Of a stretch of 64,000 nt of DNA, positions 46,245 to 56,442 are shown one piece after another. The DNA is from an uncultured delta proteobacterium. Lineage in GTDB: Bacteria > Myxococcota_A > Polyangia > Polyangiales > Polyangiaceae. Positions within the stretch are counted from its first letter, which is position 1, and every line of letters starts with the position of its first letter. The position numbers and the translations under genes are program-made. A model generated the notes under the pieces. The model made no database searches. It saw nothing but the letters and a program-made list of their open reading frames with translations, and was not told the DNA's origin. The DNA lies in the NCBI GenBank assembly GCA_963806225.1, contig CAWDXG010000004.1:4160001-4224000 (forward strand), given 5' to 3'.

Positions 46245-47765
46245 ATGCGAACGCTGATGTTGATGGGCATTGTGGCAGTGCTGGCGACCGGTTGCGGAGG
46301 CTCGGTGGCGTTCTCCCCGGGCGGCACAGGCGGCACAGGGGGCACAAGCGGCACAGGCGGCACGGGCGGCACAGGCGGCACCGGAGGGAGCGGAGGCTGG
46401 GGCGGCTCCGGCGGTTCCGGCGGCCACAGCGGGATCACCGGTTCGCACGACCTGACGCTGCAGAACATCCAGTCGTCGCCGAACGCGAACGGGGGGGCGT
46501 CGCCGTCCGAGAACGCGGCCGTGCGCATCGACATCCAACAGACCCCCGGCGGCTACCTCGCTGCGGCGACGCCGCGCTGGGGCGATCCCACAGCGCTGTC
46601 CATCAGCGTGACCTCGAAGCAGGTGACGCTCACCGGCAGCGTGAGCATCTCGGGCGGTTCCACCAACGATGCCTGGACCAAGCTGGTGCTGCCCCGCGAT
46701 GCGCAGGGCCGATTGGTTGGCGTCATCTCCGCTACGGGTCAGGAAACGGTCTCCATGGGGGACGTGATGGAAACGCTCGCCATCACGGGTGGCGGCAAGG
46801 TCGGTCCCGACCTGACCGCGCCCGAGCTGAAGAGCAAGCCGAGCTCCTCGCACGGCCCCGTGGGAATGCTGTTGCCCTGGGACCCGATCGCGCTTCACGT
46901 CGCCGAGGGGGTGGATCAGAGCGCGCTCCAGGCGCATGTCTCGATCGACCCTGCGCTGGCCGCCGGCTCGGGCGGCGGCACGGCGGGCGGCCCTTCGGGC
47001 GGGCCTGCCTATCCCCCGGTGGACTGGCAGTTCTTCCCTCCGTCGCAGGACAAGCTCGGCTGGGTCGGCGCGACGACGGCGACCGCACGTATTACAGACT
47101 GGTCGATGGACGGCGGCGCGTTCGCGCTCGACGTGCAGGCCGGAGTGAAGGATCACGCGGGCCACGCCGCCGACTCGTTCAGCACGATGTTCAACTGGTT
47201 GGCTCTCGGGCAGCCCCACGCGGCGTTCGACTTCAGCTCGCCCAGCGCCGCCTCGTGGGGCAAGGTCTTCTTCCAGCAGCCGTGCCCGCCCGGAGCCGTG
47301 TGCACGACCGAGTACACGTGCGAGTCCGGCTCCTGTGCGGTGCTCGGGCCCTACGACAACACCGTGTGCGGGGCGCCGCGCACGGGCATCGCGGGCAGGG
47401 TGAACGCCGGGTCGCACCTTGTCGTGCGCTATCGCGTGCTCGTCGGGGAGGACTATCCCGGCGCGTCCGGTCCGCCCAGCTGGGGCGGCACGCCATTCTC
47501 CGTCGATGTGGCCACGCCGGGCAACGCCGCGACCTATCACAGCGTGCAGGTTGCCAGCGGCGACTACCACGCCCTGCCGAACCCCATCGGCAACCTGGTG
47601 TGGACGACAGACGAGAAGACGCTCACGCTGCCGGCGAGCGGCGGCTCCGAGGTCGGTTTTTCCCTGTTCGCTGGGCTCGGCCCCGGCGACTGCAGCGGCG
47701 GCGGCGGTCCGGTGCCCGCTCCGGTGCCGACGGCCGTGATCGTCGATTCCGTAAAGACCCAGTAG
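46245..47765 (+). CDS. Gly-rich lipoprotein, unknown function
   Basis: ATG 46245, LATGC lipobox, GGT linker, beta-rich domains. Confidence 0.8.
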   Translation: MRTLMLMGIVAVLATGCGGSVAFSPGGTGGTGGTSGTGGTGGTGGTGGSGGWGGSGGSGGHSGITGSHDLTLQNIQSSPNANGGASPSENAAVRIDIQQTPGGYLAAATPRWGDPTALSISVTSKQVTLTGSVSISGGSTNDAWTKLVLPRDAQGRLVGVISATGQETVSMGDVMETLAITGGGKVGPDLTAPELKSKPSSSHGPVGMLLPWDPIALHVAEGVDQSALQAHVSIDPALAAGSGGGTAGGPSGGPAYPPVDWQFFPPSQDKLGWVGATTATARITDWSMDGGAFALDVQAGVKDHAGHAADSFSTMFNWLALGQPHAAFDFSSPSAASWGKVFFQQPCPPGAVCTTEYTCESGSCAVLGPYDNTVCGAPRTGIAGRVNAGSHLVVRYRVLVGEDYPGASGPPSWGGTPFSVDVATPGNAATYHSVQVASGDYHALPNPIGNLVWTTDEKTLTLPASGGSEVGFSLFAGLGPGDCSGGGGPVPAPVPTAVIVDSVKTQ

Positions 47766-47817
47766 CGTTGCGCGCCGCGTTGTCGCGGCCAGCGCGGAGG
47801 AGACGTATGCTGGGTGC

Positions 47818-48528
47818 ATGCGCTGGCTTGCTGTGGGCACCGCCGTGGCGTTGCTCGGGCTAGTCGCTCCCCGGGCGGCGGCCGAGACCCCGGGCGATGC
47901 GGCGCCCGCCGTGGACCGTGGCGCCGCTGCTGCAGCATCGCCGCGGCCCCTCGAGCTGCTCGTCGGCGGGCATTTCATTTTTGCAGCGGGCCAGGTGTGC
48001 CGGCGTTATGTGGACATGCTGGGGTGCTCGAACCCCGCGTTCACCGGCATGCAGCTCGCACCTGCGTGGCGCCCCTCGCCGTACTGGTCGCTCGGCGCCA
48101 TCGCGGCCTTCGACTGGTCCGGTGAGAACGACGGCGCCACGCACACGCTGTGGCAGGCGATGGCACAGGCGCGCTTTCGCCCGTGGGGTGAAGGATCCGT
48201 CGAGCCCTGGGCCGGCGCGGTCGCGGGCGTGATGGCCGCCACCGACACGCTCGACCAGGCGCCGGCGACGGGCGACCGCTCGGTGACGCAGTACGCGCCG
48301 TCAACGGGTCTGGGCCTCGGAACGGATTTCGTGTTCGGACTCGTGTCGCTCGGTGTGGAAGCGCGCGGCCTGTTCACCGCGTTCAGCGATCCGCCGTCAC
48401 TCGGTAGTGGGACCGCGCGCCACTACGGCGACAACACCTGGCTGTGGCTCGGCGTCTCGCTCACGTTCCGGCCCGATACCAGCGGCCCACAGCTGACGGC
48501 AGGCACGATGCCGCGAAGTGCGGAGTAG
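47818..48528 (+). CDS. Putative outer-membrane beta-barrel protein
   Basis: Signal peptide and alternating aromatic/hydrophobic strands. Confidence 0.55.
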   Translation: MRWLAVGTAVALLGLVAPRAAAETPGDAAPAVDRGAAAAASPRPLELLVGGHFIFAAGQVCRRYVDMLGCSNPAFTGMQLAPAWRPSPYWSLGAIAAFDWSGENDGATHTLWQAMAQARFRPWGEGSVEPWAGAVAGVMAATDTLDQAPATGDRSVTQYAPSTGLGLGTDFVFGLVSLGVEARGLFTAFSDPPSLGSGTARHYGDNTWLWLGVSLTFRPDTSGPQLTAGTMPRSAE

Positions 48529-48614
48529 GGGCGGAACCTCCATTTGCCCGCGGTGCCCGTGACGAGTCGCACGGACCTTGCCCGGCGGGGCCCCCGCGAT
48601 GCCGCGCAGGCGCG

Positions 48615-50180
48615 CTAGGGTACCCACAAGGGATTGTCGATCCGGAACGACTGCCCGCTCGAGGTGGGGATGGTGTCCGTGACGAGGTTCTGGTCGCCCG
48701 CGTAGAAGACGAGGTACTTCCCGTCGCCGCTCAAGATCGGCTGCTTGGCGTCGAATACGGGATTGCCGTTGAGCTCCTTCACGGGGCACACCGTCTTGCC
48801 GCTGGCGATGTCGACGACATAGACCTGATTGTGGTTGTTGTCGCACCCGGAAACGATGCCCTGCTCGGTCGAGCTGTAGGCGAGGTAGCGGCCGTCGCGC
48901 GAGATCGAGATGTCGCGGCTCGCGGCGTTGCCGTCGGTGGTGCCGTTGGCGCGGGCGTCCACACAGGTGATCGATCCCGTGCTCAGGTCCTTGAGCATCA
49001 CGCGCGGGCCGCCGTCGCAGTTCTGGACAAAGCCGTTGTAGGTGAAGAGGAGGAAGGCGACGTAGCGACCGTCGTCGCTCACCACCGGATTCGTGGGGCC
49101 GTCGGGTGTTTGCGTGCCCGACGCGTCCGTCGAGACGACGCGAGTCGAGTTGGCGGAGGTATCGCGCAGGTAGATGTCGAGGCTGGTGGTGGTGTCGTTC
49201 GCAATGAGGTTGGTCGCGGCCGATTCGAAGGCTACGTAGCGACCGTCGGAGCTGATGCTGAAGGCACCCTGGTAGTCGTTGGCTTGCGACTGATCGTTGG
49301 CGAGGCTCACCAGCATACAGCCCCCCGACGACGACTTCTCGTAGATGTCCGTCTTGCCATTGCTATCCGCGCCGGAGTCGTTGATGTTGGTCGAATCGGT
49401 GTCGAAGAACACGGCGTCGCCGTTGGCCGTCATGGCGATGGGCTTGTAGGCGCCGAGCTTCGCCTCGACGCCGGCGCCGCTCTCGTCCTCGCGGACGACC
49501 GCTCCAGTCTGGAGGTCCTTGCGGAAGACGTCGGTGTAGCCGTTCGTGTCGTTCGCGACGAGATCCGTGGCCGCGGACATGAACGCCGCGTAGCGGCCGT
49601 CGTCGCTCAGTCCAGCGCCGTTGGAGTTGACGAGATCGCCGTTCGGCTCGGCGCCCGTGCTCGTCAGGTGCACGGCTTTCGTTGTTCCGGAGGTGATGTC
49701 ACGTACGAAAAAGTTCCACGTACGGGTCAGCGTCGGCGAGACAAGGTCTTTCACGGCGCTTTCGAAGAGCACGTAGCGGCCGTCGTTGCTGACCGCGAGC
49801 GGGTCGTTCGCACCGGAGCTCGCGATGCTCCCGTTGTTGCCGCGCGAGACCACGATGATGTTCCCGGTTCCCGCGCCCCCAGCGCCGCCGCTGCCCGCGG
49901 TCCCCGCACTGCCGCCCGTGCCTGCGCCGCCGCCGGTACCGGCGCTGCCGCCCGTGCCTGCCCCGCCGCCCGTGCCTGCCCCGCCGTCGGTACCTGCGCT
50001 GCCGCCCGTGCCTGCCCCGCCGTCGGTACCTGCGCTGCCGCCCGTGCCTGCGCTGCCGCTAGCGCCGCCGTTGCCGGATCCTGCGCTGCCGGCGGGGCGC
50101 TTCTTCGAACCACCGTCACATCCGAACAGCAGACATCCCGCCAATACAAACGCCACAGTCCCGAGTCGCCGTGTGCCCAT
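48615..50180 (-). CDS. TolB-like (PD40) beta-propeller lipoprotein
   Basis: LFGC lipobox, Gly-rich linker, about seven S.DGRYVAF.S.A.NL repeats. Confidence 0.85.
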   Translation of the reverse strand: MGTRRLGTVAFVLAGCLLFGCDGGSKKRPAGSAGSGNGGASGSAGTGGSAGTDGGAGTGGSAGTDGGAGTGGGAGTGGSAGTGGGAGTGGSAGTAGSGGAGGAGTGNIIVVSRGNNGSIASSGANDPLAVSNDGRYVLFESAVKDLVSPTLTRTWNFFVRDITSGTTKAVHLTSTGAEPNGDLVNSNGAGLSDDGRYAAFMSAATDLVANDTNGYTDVFRKDLQTGAVVREDESGAGVEAKLGAYKPIAMTANGDAVFFDTDSTNINDSGADSNGKTDIYEKSSSGGCMLVSLANDQSQANDYQGAFSISSDGRYVAFESAATNLIANDTTTSLDIYLRDTSANSTRVVSTDASGTQTPDGPTNPVVSDDGRYVAFLLFTYNGFVQNCDGGPRVMLKDLSTGSITCVDARANGTTDGNAASRDISISRDGRYLAYSSTEQGIVSGCDNNHNQVYVVDIASGKTVCPVKELNGNPVFDAKQPILSGDGKYLVFYAGDQNLVTDTIPTSSGQSFRIDNPLWVP

Positions 50181-50389
50181 GCCCTCCTCCGCGTTGAAAC
50201 CGCTCATGGAGAATAACAAGCAACGCTGCTTTGCGAGAAGCCGCGGCGACAATGGGAAGCCAACCATTTGCAATTGTTGGCATACCCTTCTTCGGAAGGG
50301 CGCTCATTTTCGACTACGCGCTGTCGCGAAGGCCGAATTGGCCCAGTCGTACAGGGTCCGGGGGAGCGATGGGCGAAGTCGCTGCCCGT

Positions 50390-51250
50390 CTACGGCGACA
50401 GGACCCGCCCCGGCGCGCCGTTCGAGCCGGTCCAGCTGTGGCAGCTGTTGCAGTTGCCGCTGGGTGGGCTGGAGAGCATGGCGCGCTCAACGTCCTGGGC
50501 ATTGCGGACGCGGACGTGGAACGGCTGCGCGATGCTCTGGTAGGTGTAGAAGTTGCCGGTCGGTCCCACGGGAAGCGTCAGCTCGGGGCCGGTCGCGGGC
50601 GTGATGATCACGACCGCGCTGGTTGCACCCAGCGTGCCGCCGATGCAGTCGTCCGGCTCGTGCGCGGTCCGGTACACGGTGCCGGCGATGCCGAAGCGAC
50701 GCGCCTCGCCCGAGGCATGACACGCGTTGCACGGGATGCCCGGGTGCATCCTGCCGCTGCCGTCGTCGTCGCCCGACTGCACCCATCTCCTACCGCTCGA
50801 GCAGGTGAGCGGGAGCGAGCTGCAGGAGCCCTTCTGCATGCCGCCCTGCACCCACGCGACGAACGCCGCTATCTCCTCTTGCGAAAGCGGCGCGCCGGGC
50901 GCCGGCGGCATGGGAGTGATCGGGTCCTGTACCCGCATCGCCGCCATCTCGCCCATCGTGATGGAGGGGTCGCTGTGCGACGGCCCCAGCAGATCCGCAT
51001 ACGATGCGATCTGGATTCCGGTGAGCCCGGAGTGACAGGTCATGCAACGCGTGGCGATCAGCGTTGCGATGTCGCATGGCAACCCGGCAGTGTTCACGGC
51101 GCTGCTGACGGGAACGTGTCCCATGCCCTCCGCTTCGGTGCCCTCGCCGTCGCCCGCCCCGAGCGAGCAGCCGCTCGACCAGGTGCAGAGCACGGCCAGC
51201 ACCGAAGACGCCAGCAAAACCCGTACGATCGCGGGGAAACGCGAAGTCAT
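50390..51250 (-). CDS. Exported multiheme c-type cytochrome (three CxxCH)
   Basis: CMTCH, CNACH, CNSCH; N-terminal signal/lipobox-like segment. Confidence 0.75.
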   Translation of the reverse strand: MTSRFPAIVRVLLASSVLAVLCTWSSGCSLGAGDGEGTEAEGMGHVPVSSAVNTAGLPCDIATLIATRCMTCHSGLTGIQIASYADLLGPSHSDPSITMGEMAAMRVQDPITPMPPAPGAPLSQEEIAAFVAWVQGGMQKGSCSSLPLTCSSGRRWVQSGDDDGSGRMHPGIPCNACHASGEARRFGIAGTVYRTAHEPDDCIGGTLGATSAVVIITPATGPELTLPVGPTGNFYTYQSIAQPFHVRVRNAQDVERAMLSSPPSGNCNSCHSWTGSNGAPGRVLSP

Positions 51251-51340
51251 GCGCACCGCATCCGAGCCAGGGAACGTGTCCATCCAACACCTACTTCGCC
51301 GTTGGGTCCGCCTCCCTTCAAAAGCGGGTACTCTCGAAGC

Positions 51341-52513
51341 ATGTTCACGCGAAACCTGCTGGGGGCATTGGGGGTGCTGCTGTTCGGAGTGACCGCGGCG
51401 TGCGGAAACAGCGGCAGCGGAGGTAACGCCGCGACGGGCGGGAGCGGAGGCGCGGCTGGAAGCGGTGGCGCGGCTGGAAGCGGTGGCGCGGCTGCGGGCG
51501 GGAGCGGCGGCAGCGCAACAGGGGGCAGCGGCGGCAGCGCGACCGGCGGCGCCGCGGGCACGGCCGGAAGCGGCGGGACCGGAGGCGGAGGCGGCACCGC
51601 TGGCAGCGGTGGGAGCGCCGGCAGCGGTTCGGGCGACATACCTGGCGGCGGTACGGTGCTGTTCAAGGAACACTTCGACGACACCCAGTTCAAAGGCCGC
51701 GGCTGGTACGACGGGAGCGGAAGCGTGACGACCAGCGAGCACGCACCGGGTAGCACCAGCGCGTTCGAGTGCGCGTTCGCGACGGGCGCGCAGCACTGCA
51801 CCGGCGGCACGCCCGCGCGTCACAAGATCACGGCGACGCCCACCGTGTATCTGTCCTTCTGGATCAAGTTCAGCACCAACTGGGTGGGCTCGGGCAAGGC
51901 GTATCACCCGCACATGTTCCACTTCATCAACGATCTCGAGAGCGACTACGTGGGACCGTCGTTCACCCACCTCACGACGTACACCGAGGTCGTCGCGAAC
52001 AAGGCGCAGCTATCCCTGCAGGACAGCGCGAACGTCGACCTGAACTGCATCCTGAAGAACGACAACTCGTTCGTCGGCTGCAACGGCGATTTCAACTCGT
52101 ACACGTTCACCGAAAGTCGGTCGATCTGCTCCTGCAACGGGGTCCAGGGCGACGTGCAGGGACACGACTGCTACTCCAACGGCGACGGGACGTGGTCGAG
52201 CGACCGCAGCTGGTGGAGTAGCAACGCCTTCGTCGATACGCAGGGCCCGAACTACAAGAGCGACTGGCACCACGTCGAGGTCTACTTCGCCATGAACTCG
52301 ATCCAGGGTGGCGTGGCCGTCCCCGACGGGAAGATCCGCTGGGTCCAGGACGGCAAGACGCTCATCTCGCACGACAAGATCCTGATGCGCAGCGGCGCGC
52401 ATGCGTCCATGAAGTTCAACCAGTTCGCCATGCTGCCCTACATCGGCGACGGCTCGCCGATCGCGCAGACCTTCTGGGTCGGCGACATGGTCGTCGCGAC
52501 CGCCCGGCCCTGA
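51341..52513 (+). CDS. Lipoprotein with Gly-rich linker and polysaccharide-lyase/LamG-like beta-sandwich
   Basis: TAAC lipobox; LFKEHFD, YLSFWIKF, WHHVEVY..MN...DG.IRW..DG, FWVGDMVVAT. Confidence 0.7.
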   Translation: MFTRNLLGALGVLLFGVTAACGNSGSGGNAATGGSGGAAGSGGAAGSGGAAAGGSGGSATGGSGGSATGGAAGTAGSGGTGGGGGTAGSGGSAGSGSGDIPGGGTVLFKEHFDDTQFKGRGWYDGSGSVTTSEHAPGSTSAFECAFATGAQHCTGGTPARHKITATPTVYLSFWIKFSTNWVGSGKAYHPHMFHFINDLESDYVGPSFTHLTTYTEVVANKAQLSLQDSANVDLNCILKNDNSFVGCNGDFNSYTFTESRSICSCNGVQGDVQGHDCYSNGDGTWSSDRSWWSSNAFVDTQGPNYKSDWHHVEVYFAMNSIQGGVAVPDGKIRWVQDGKTLISHDKILMRSGAHASMKFNQFAMLPYIGDGSPIAQTFWVGDMVVATARP

Positions 52514-52581
52514 TTTCTGGCCCTCCCGCTACGGCGCGACCCAGTACGCCCAGTCCCGGTTCGCGTCCGCGCCCCCGCTCC

Positions 52582-53016
52582 TCACGGCAGCGTGCGCACG
52601 GCGCGGAAGCCGAACGCGCCGTGGCTCCCGGGGGCCAATGGACGCCGAACGGCGGCCCGGATGTCCGGGTTCGAGCTCCCGATGTAGCCGCCGCGATACA
52701 CCCGGTTGCCGTTCGGCAGACCGGCGCTCTGGCCCCACGGGTCGGTCAGCGTCGGCGGCGGCTTGGGGGCGCCGGGCACGTAGCCACCGAGATACTCGTC
52801 GTTGCACCACTCGGCCACGTTGCCTGCCATGTCGAACAGTCCCCAGCCGTTGGGGGCCTTGCCTCCGCCGGGTTGTATGACGGCGTTTCCGGCGCCGCCC
52901 GAGTTTCCGCAGTACCAACCGATGGCCTCGGCGCCCGCGTTCGTGTCGCACGCGGTGGTCGGCAAGGCCACTAGCGAGCGTACACCAAGATCCAAGCGCG
53001 CGTCCTCAGGGAACAT
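52582..53016 (-). pseudogene. C-terminal remnant of an FGE-sulfatase domain gene
   Basis: PNGWGLFDMAGNVAEW, RVYRGG, GFRAVR present; the N-terminal half of the domain is absent. Confidence 0.6.
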
Positions 53017-53249
53017 ATGCTCGCCGCCGACCCATGCGTCCCCATGCGTCAGCCTGGCCGGCGAAGACCCCCGGCAAGATCACAACGAAGAAGGCGACGA
53101 TCTTCTGGGCGCGCCACACGCTCGCGGACGCCGACGACGAGATCGCGATCCACGGAATTCCCGCGCGCCTGGGCAAGTAGCGCTGGAGGCTAGAGACCGC
53201 CCTTCGGAATGGTATAGTGGTTTGTTTGGCTCTCGCCCGGAGTCCCGAT

Positions 53250-53744
53250 ATGCCCGATCCCTACGACATGCTCGGTGTGCGTCCCGGGGCTTCGCCCGAC
53301 GAGATCGAGCGAGCCTATCGACGGCGCATCGTGGAAGTCCACCGTCGGGGCGTGTTCGGCATTGTGGGCAGGCTGCGGGGGCTTCAGCGGGCTCGCTCCG
53401 CGCTCGAGGACCGCGCCGAGCGAAGGCGCTGGGAGGAGCTGCGCGACCAGGCGGTCAGGAGCGCTGGTCGCAATGAAGCCGAACGACGGCGGCGCGAGGA
53501 GCAGGTGCTCTCTGCCTACAGGAAACAACGCGCGCGCGAGTCGTCGCGCCTCGGTCTTGACGCCTTGCATGACAACGTGGAGCTGATGGTCGATGTCGAG
53601 CAACGCATCGTTCTGGCCGAGCAGGCGGACGCGAGGCTGCGCCTGTACCGACGCCTGAAGGTCGCCGTCGTGCGTGGTGCGTTGCTCCTGATCGCGATGC
53701 TGGCAGCCTGGCTGAGCTGGCAGCATTGGCTTGGCGGCTTCTGA
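53250..53744 (+). CDS. J-domain-like protein (HPD replaced by HRR) with C-terminal TM
   Basis: DPYDMLGVRPGASPDEIERAYRR..VHRR. Confidence 0.65.
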   Translation: MPDPYDMLGVRPGASPDEIERAYRRRIVEVHRRGVFGIVGRLRGLQRARSALEDRAERRRWEELRDQAVRSAGRNEAERRRREEQVLSAYRKQRARESSRLGLDALHDNVELMVDVEQRIVLAEQADARLRLYRRLKVAVVRGALLLIAMLAAWLSWQHWLGGF

Positions 53745-53803
53745 TCTCTGGTGGTCTAGGCTCCGTTGCCCAGAGCCGCATCCACCGCTGCACGCCGTAG
53801 CGC

Positions 53804-55322
53804 TCAACGGAACTTGGGAATTTCCGGCGGGCGCGCGGGAGCCCTGCGCGGAAGCGGGGTGAGCGACAGCACCAGACGTTGGCTCATGTTCGGGACGACC
53901 TGCTCCTTGCGCGGCGCGTAGCCGCCGTGGGTCAACGTCACCGTGACGGGGTGGTCGCTCCGGTCGAGGCGCACATCGACCGGCGTCGTGCCCTCGGCCT
54001 TGCCGTCCACGACCGCTCTTGCACGCGTCGGCGTCGTCTCGATGCGCAAGAGCACGCGTGGGGCGGGAGCAGCGCTCGGCGCAGCGGGAGATGGCGCGGG
54101 CAGCGGAGCCGCGCGGATGGAAGCCGCAGCCGCTGGCCTCGTCTCGACCGGGCGCCGGCCGACGACGACGGCAAACGCAGCCACCGCGGCCACACCGAGC
54201 ACCGCAAGCGGCCAGCGCCACGGACGCGCCGGCGCAGACGACGGTGGGATCTCCGAGGAGGTCTGCACCGTCGACAGGTCCTCGACCACGCTCGGCAGGT
54301 CCACGTTCTCGTCCGCCTCGGCGACAGGAATGTTCGTGGGCGCAGTGCCGCTCTTGAAGCGACGCAGCATCTCCTGCTTTTCCTCGATGCGCTCGGCGAA
54401 GAGCCCGTGCATGAGCTTGGAAAGCTCCTCCTCCGGTAGCTCGGCGAGTCCGAGCTCACGCGCCACCGCGAGCAGCTCGCGGCGCATCTCCTGCGCCGTC
54501 CGGTAGCGGTCCTCCCGCCGTCGCGCGAGCGCCTTCATCACCACACGCTCGAGTGCGGGGGGGTAGTCTGGCAAAAGCTCGCTCGGCGGCAGGATGCGCT
54601 CGTCGCAAATCGCCTTGAACGTGAGGTGTTCGCTGCCGCGCTTGAACAACCGACGCCCGGTGGAGAGCTCCCAGAGCACGATACCCAGCCCGAAGATGTC
54701 GCTCCGCCGATCCAACGGCTTGCCGAGACACTGCTCGGGCGACATGTACGCGAACTTGCCCTTCACCTGACCCGCTTCGGTCTGGGTACTGCGGTTCGCC
54801 GCCTTCGCAACACCGAAGTCGAGCACCTTGACCTGCCCCGAGTACGTCACGAAGACGTTCTGCGGCGAGACATCACGATGGACGAGATCGCGGGGCAGCC
54901 CTTCGTCGTCGACAAGCTCGTGGGCCGCGTGCAGCCCGGCGCACGCTTCGGTGACGACGAATGCGGCCAGACTGCGCGGTAGGCTCTCGCCGCGCGTGAC
55001 GAGGCGGCGGGCCACACCGCCGACGCTCTCGCCCTCGAGATACTCCATGACGAGGAACAGCTCGTCGCCCTCGTGAGCGAGCTCCTGAACGGCGACGACG
55101 TTCGGATGCCGGATCCCCGCGACGATGCGCGCCTCGTCGACGAACATGTCGACGAAGGCGGGCACCCGCGCCAGGTGCGGCAGAATGCGCTTGACGACAA
55201 TCGCCCGCTCGAAGCCGCTCGGACCAACCAGAACGTCCGAGCAGGATCTCCGCCATGCCGCCGGTTGCGAGGAGCCCGACGATGTCGTAGCGACCGATAC
55301 GCGAGACGGTAGGAGCGACCAT
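53804..55322 (-). CDS. Ser/Thr protein kinase with TM and PEGA domain; apparent +1 frameshift at 55232-55233
   Basis: IGRY..LATGGMAEI (frame ending 55322) joins VVKRI, HRDVSPQN, DFG, YMSPE after removing one base. Confidence 0.9.
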
Positions 55323-55337
55323 GGCGGACGTATCCGC

Positions 55338-55437
55338 GAGGATAACCGACCCGCGGGGCCGTGCCAGGGTCGCATCCGCTGCGTTACGTTTTCGCCCGTA
55401 ACGAGGTCGTCCGGCTGGTGACCCGGAGCGCGCGGCA
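55338..55437 (+). repeat. Degenerate direct repeat of 58291-58458 (left copy, internally deleted)
   Basis: 50/58 identity (55338-55395 vs 58291-58348) and 35/37 (55401-55437 vs 58422-58458). Confidence 0.85.
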
Positions 55438-55449
55438 GAACGGAGGGGC

Positions 55450-56325
55450 TCAGACCGGACGCGAGCCGTCGAGCAGTGGCATCACCTTTGCGACCTCACG
55501 GACGAAGTGCTCGCGGAACAGGCGCACGCGTTTCACGCGCTTGAGATGTCGGTGGTAGACCAGCCACAGGCCGAGTTCGTGCTGCTCTTCGGGCGGACGG
55601 AAACGCGTGAGCGATGGCTCGCTGTCTCCCATGAAGCAGGGCAGGTAGGCGAGCCCGGCGCCTGCCTTCACGGCCGCGAGCGTGAGCAGGGTGTCATCGC
55701 TGAAGAGATGATGGTCGGCGTCGGGGCAGGCGTCCTTCGTCCACGCGACGTGAAACCCGCAGCACTCGATGCCCAACCATTTCTCGTCAGCCGCGCCTGC
55801 ACTCACTCGGGTGCAGTAGTCACGGCTGCCGTAGACCGCGGACGCGACGGTCGCGAGCCGGGTGCCGATCAGCGTTTCTGTCGGCGCGTCGGTCAGACGA
55901 ATCGCGATGTCGGCGTCGCGTTGGGCGAGCTTCACGAATTTGTTGGTCACCTGCACATGCAGATCGACCTTGGGATGTAGCTCGCTGAAGCTGACGAAAA
56001 TAGGCATCAGGATCGTCGACGCCATGTTGTTGATGGCCGACACGCGCAGCTCGCCCGCGACGCCCGCATCCTGACCACCCAAGGCGCCCTCGAGCCCGAG
56101 GATCTCGACCTCGATCCTGGAGGCGGCAGCCATCATCTCTTCGCCAGCCTCGGTCAGCTCGAAGCCCGACTTCTTGCGCTCGACGAGTCGAGTCTCGAGC
56201 TTCTCCTCGAGCGAACGCAGGCGCCTGGACACGGTCGAGTGCTGAACCGAGAGCCTGTTCGCCGCCCCACTGATCGACCCCTCGCGCGCCACTGCGAGGA
56301 AAATTCGCAAGTCATCCCACTGCAT
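55450..56325 (-). CDS. LysR-family transcriptional regulator
   Basis: MQWDDLRIFLAVAREGSISGAANRLSVQHSTVSRR HTH. Confidence 0.95.
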   Translation of the reverse strand: MQWDDLRIFLAVAREGSISGAANRLSVQHSTVSRRLRSLEEKLETRLVERKKSGFELTEAGEEMMAAASRIEVEILGLEGALGGQDAGVAGELRVSAINNMASTILMPIFVSFSELHPKVDLHVQVTNKFVKLAQRDADIAIRLTDAPTETLIGTRLATVASAVYGSRDYCTRVSAGAADEKWLGIECCGFHVAWTKDACPDADHHLFSDDTLLTLAAVKAGAGLAYLPCFMGDSEPSLTRFRPPEEQHELGLWLVYHRHLKRVKRVRLFREHFVREVAKVMPLLDGSRPV

Positions 56326-56341
56326 CAGAGCTCTCCCTCGT

Positions 56342-56357
56342 TGTGCATTTTTGCATA
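56342..56357. promoter_or_regulatory. Inverted repeat, likely LysR operator in the divergent promoter
   Basis: TGTGCA-TTTT-TGCATA in the AT-rich intergenic region. Confidence 0.5.
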
Positions 56358-56442
56358 TCAGACTTCGACTTATCGCTAATTGTCGCGAGCGCGTTCGCAC
56401 CACATGGTCAGTTCATCAACCGAAACCACGAGGGAGTGAGCC

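Noticed and set aside
43428..47765. 1445-aa ORF
   Set aside because: Only 46245..47765 is protein-like; the rest is a shadow of the expansin, lipoprotein, FGE and FAH genes.
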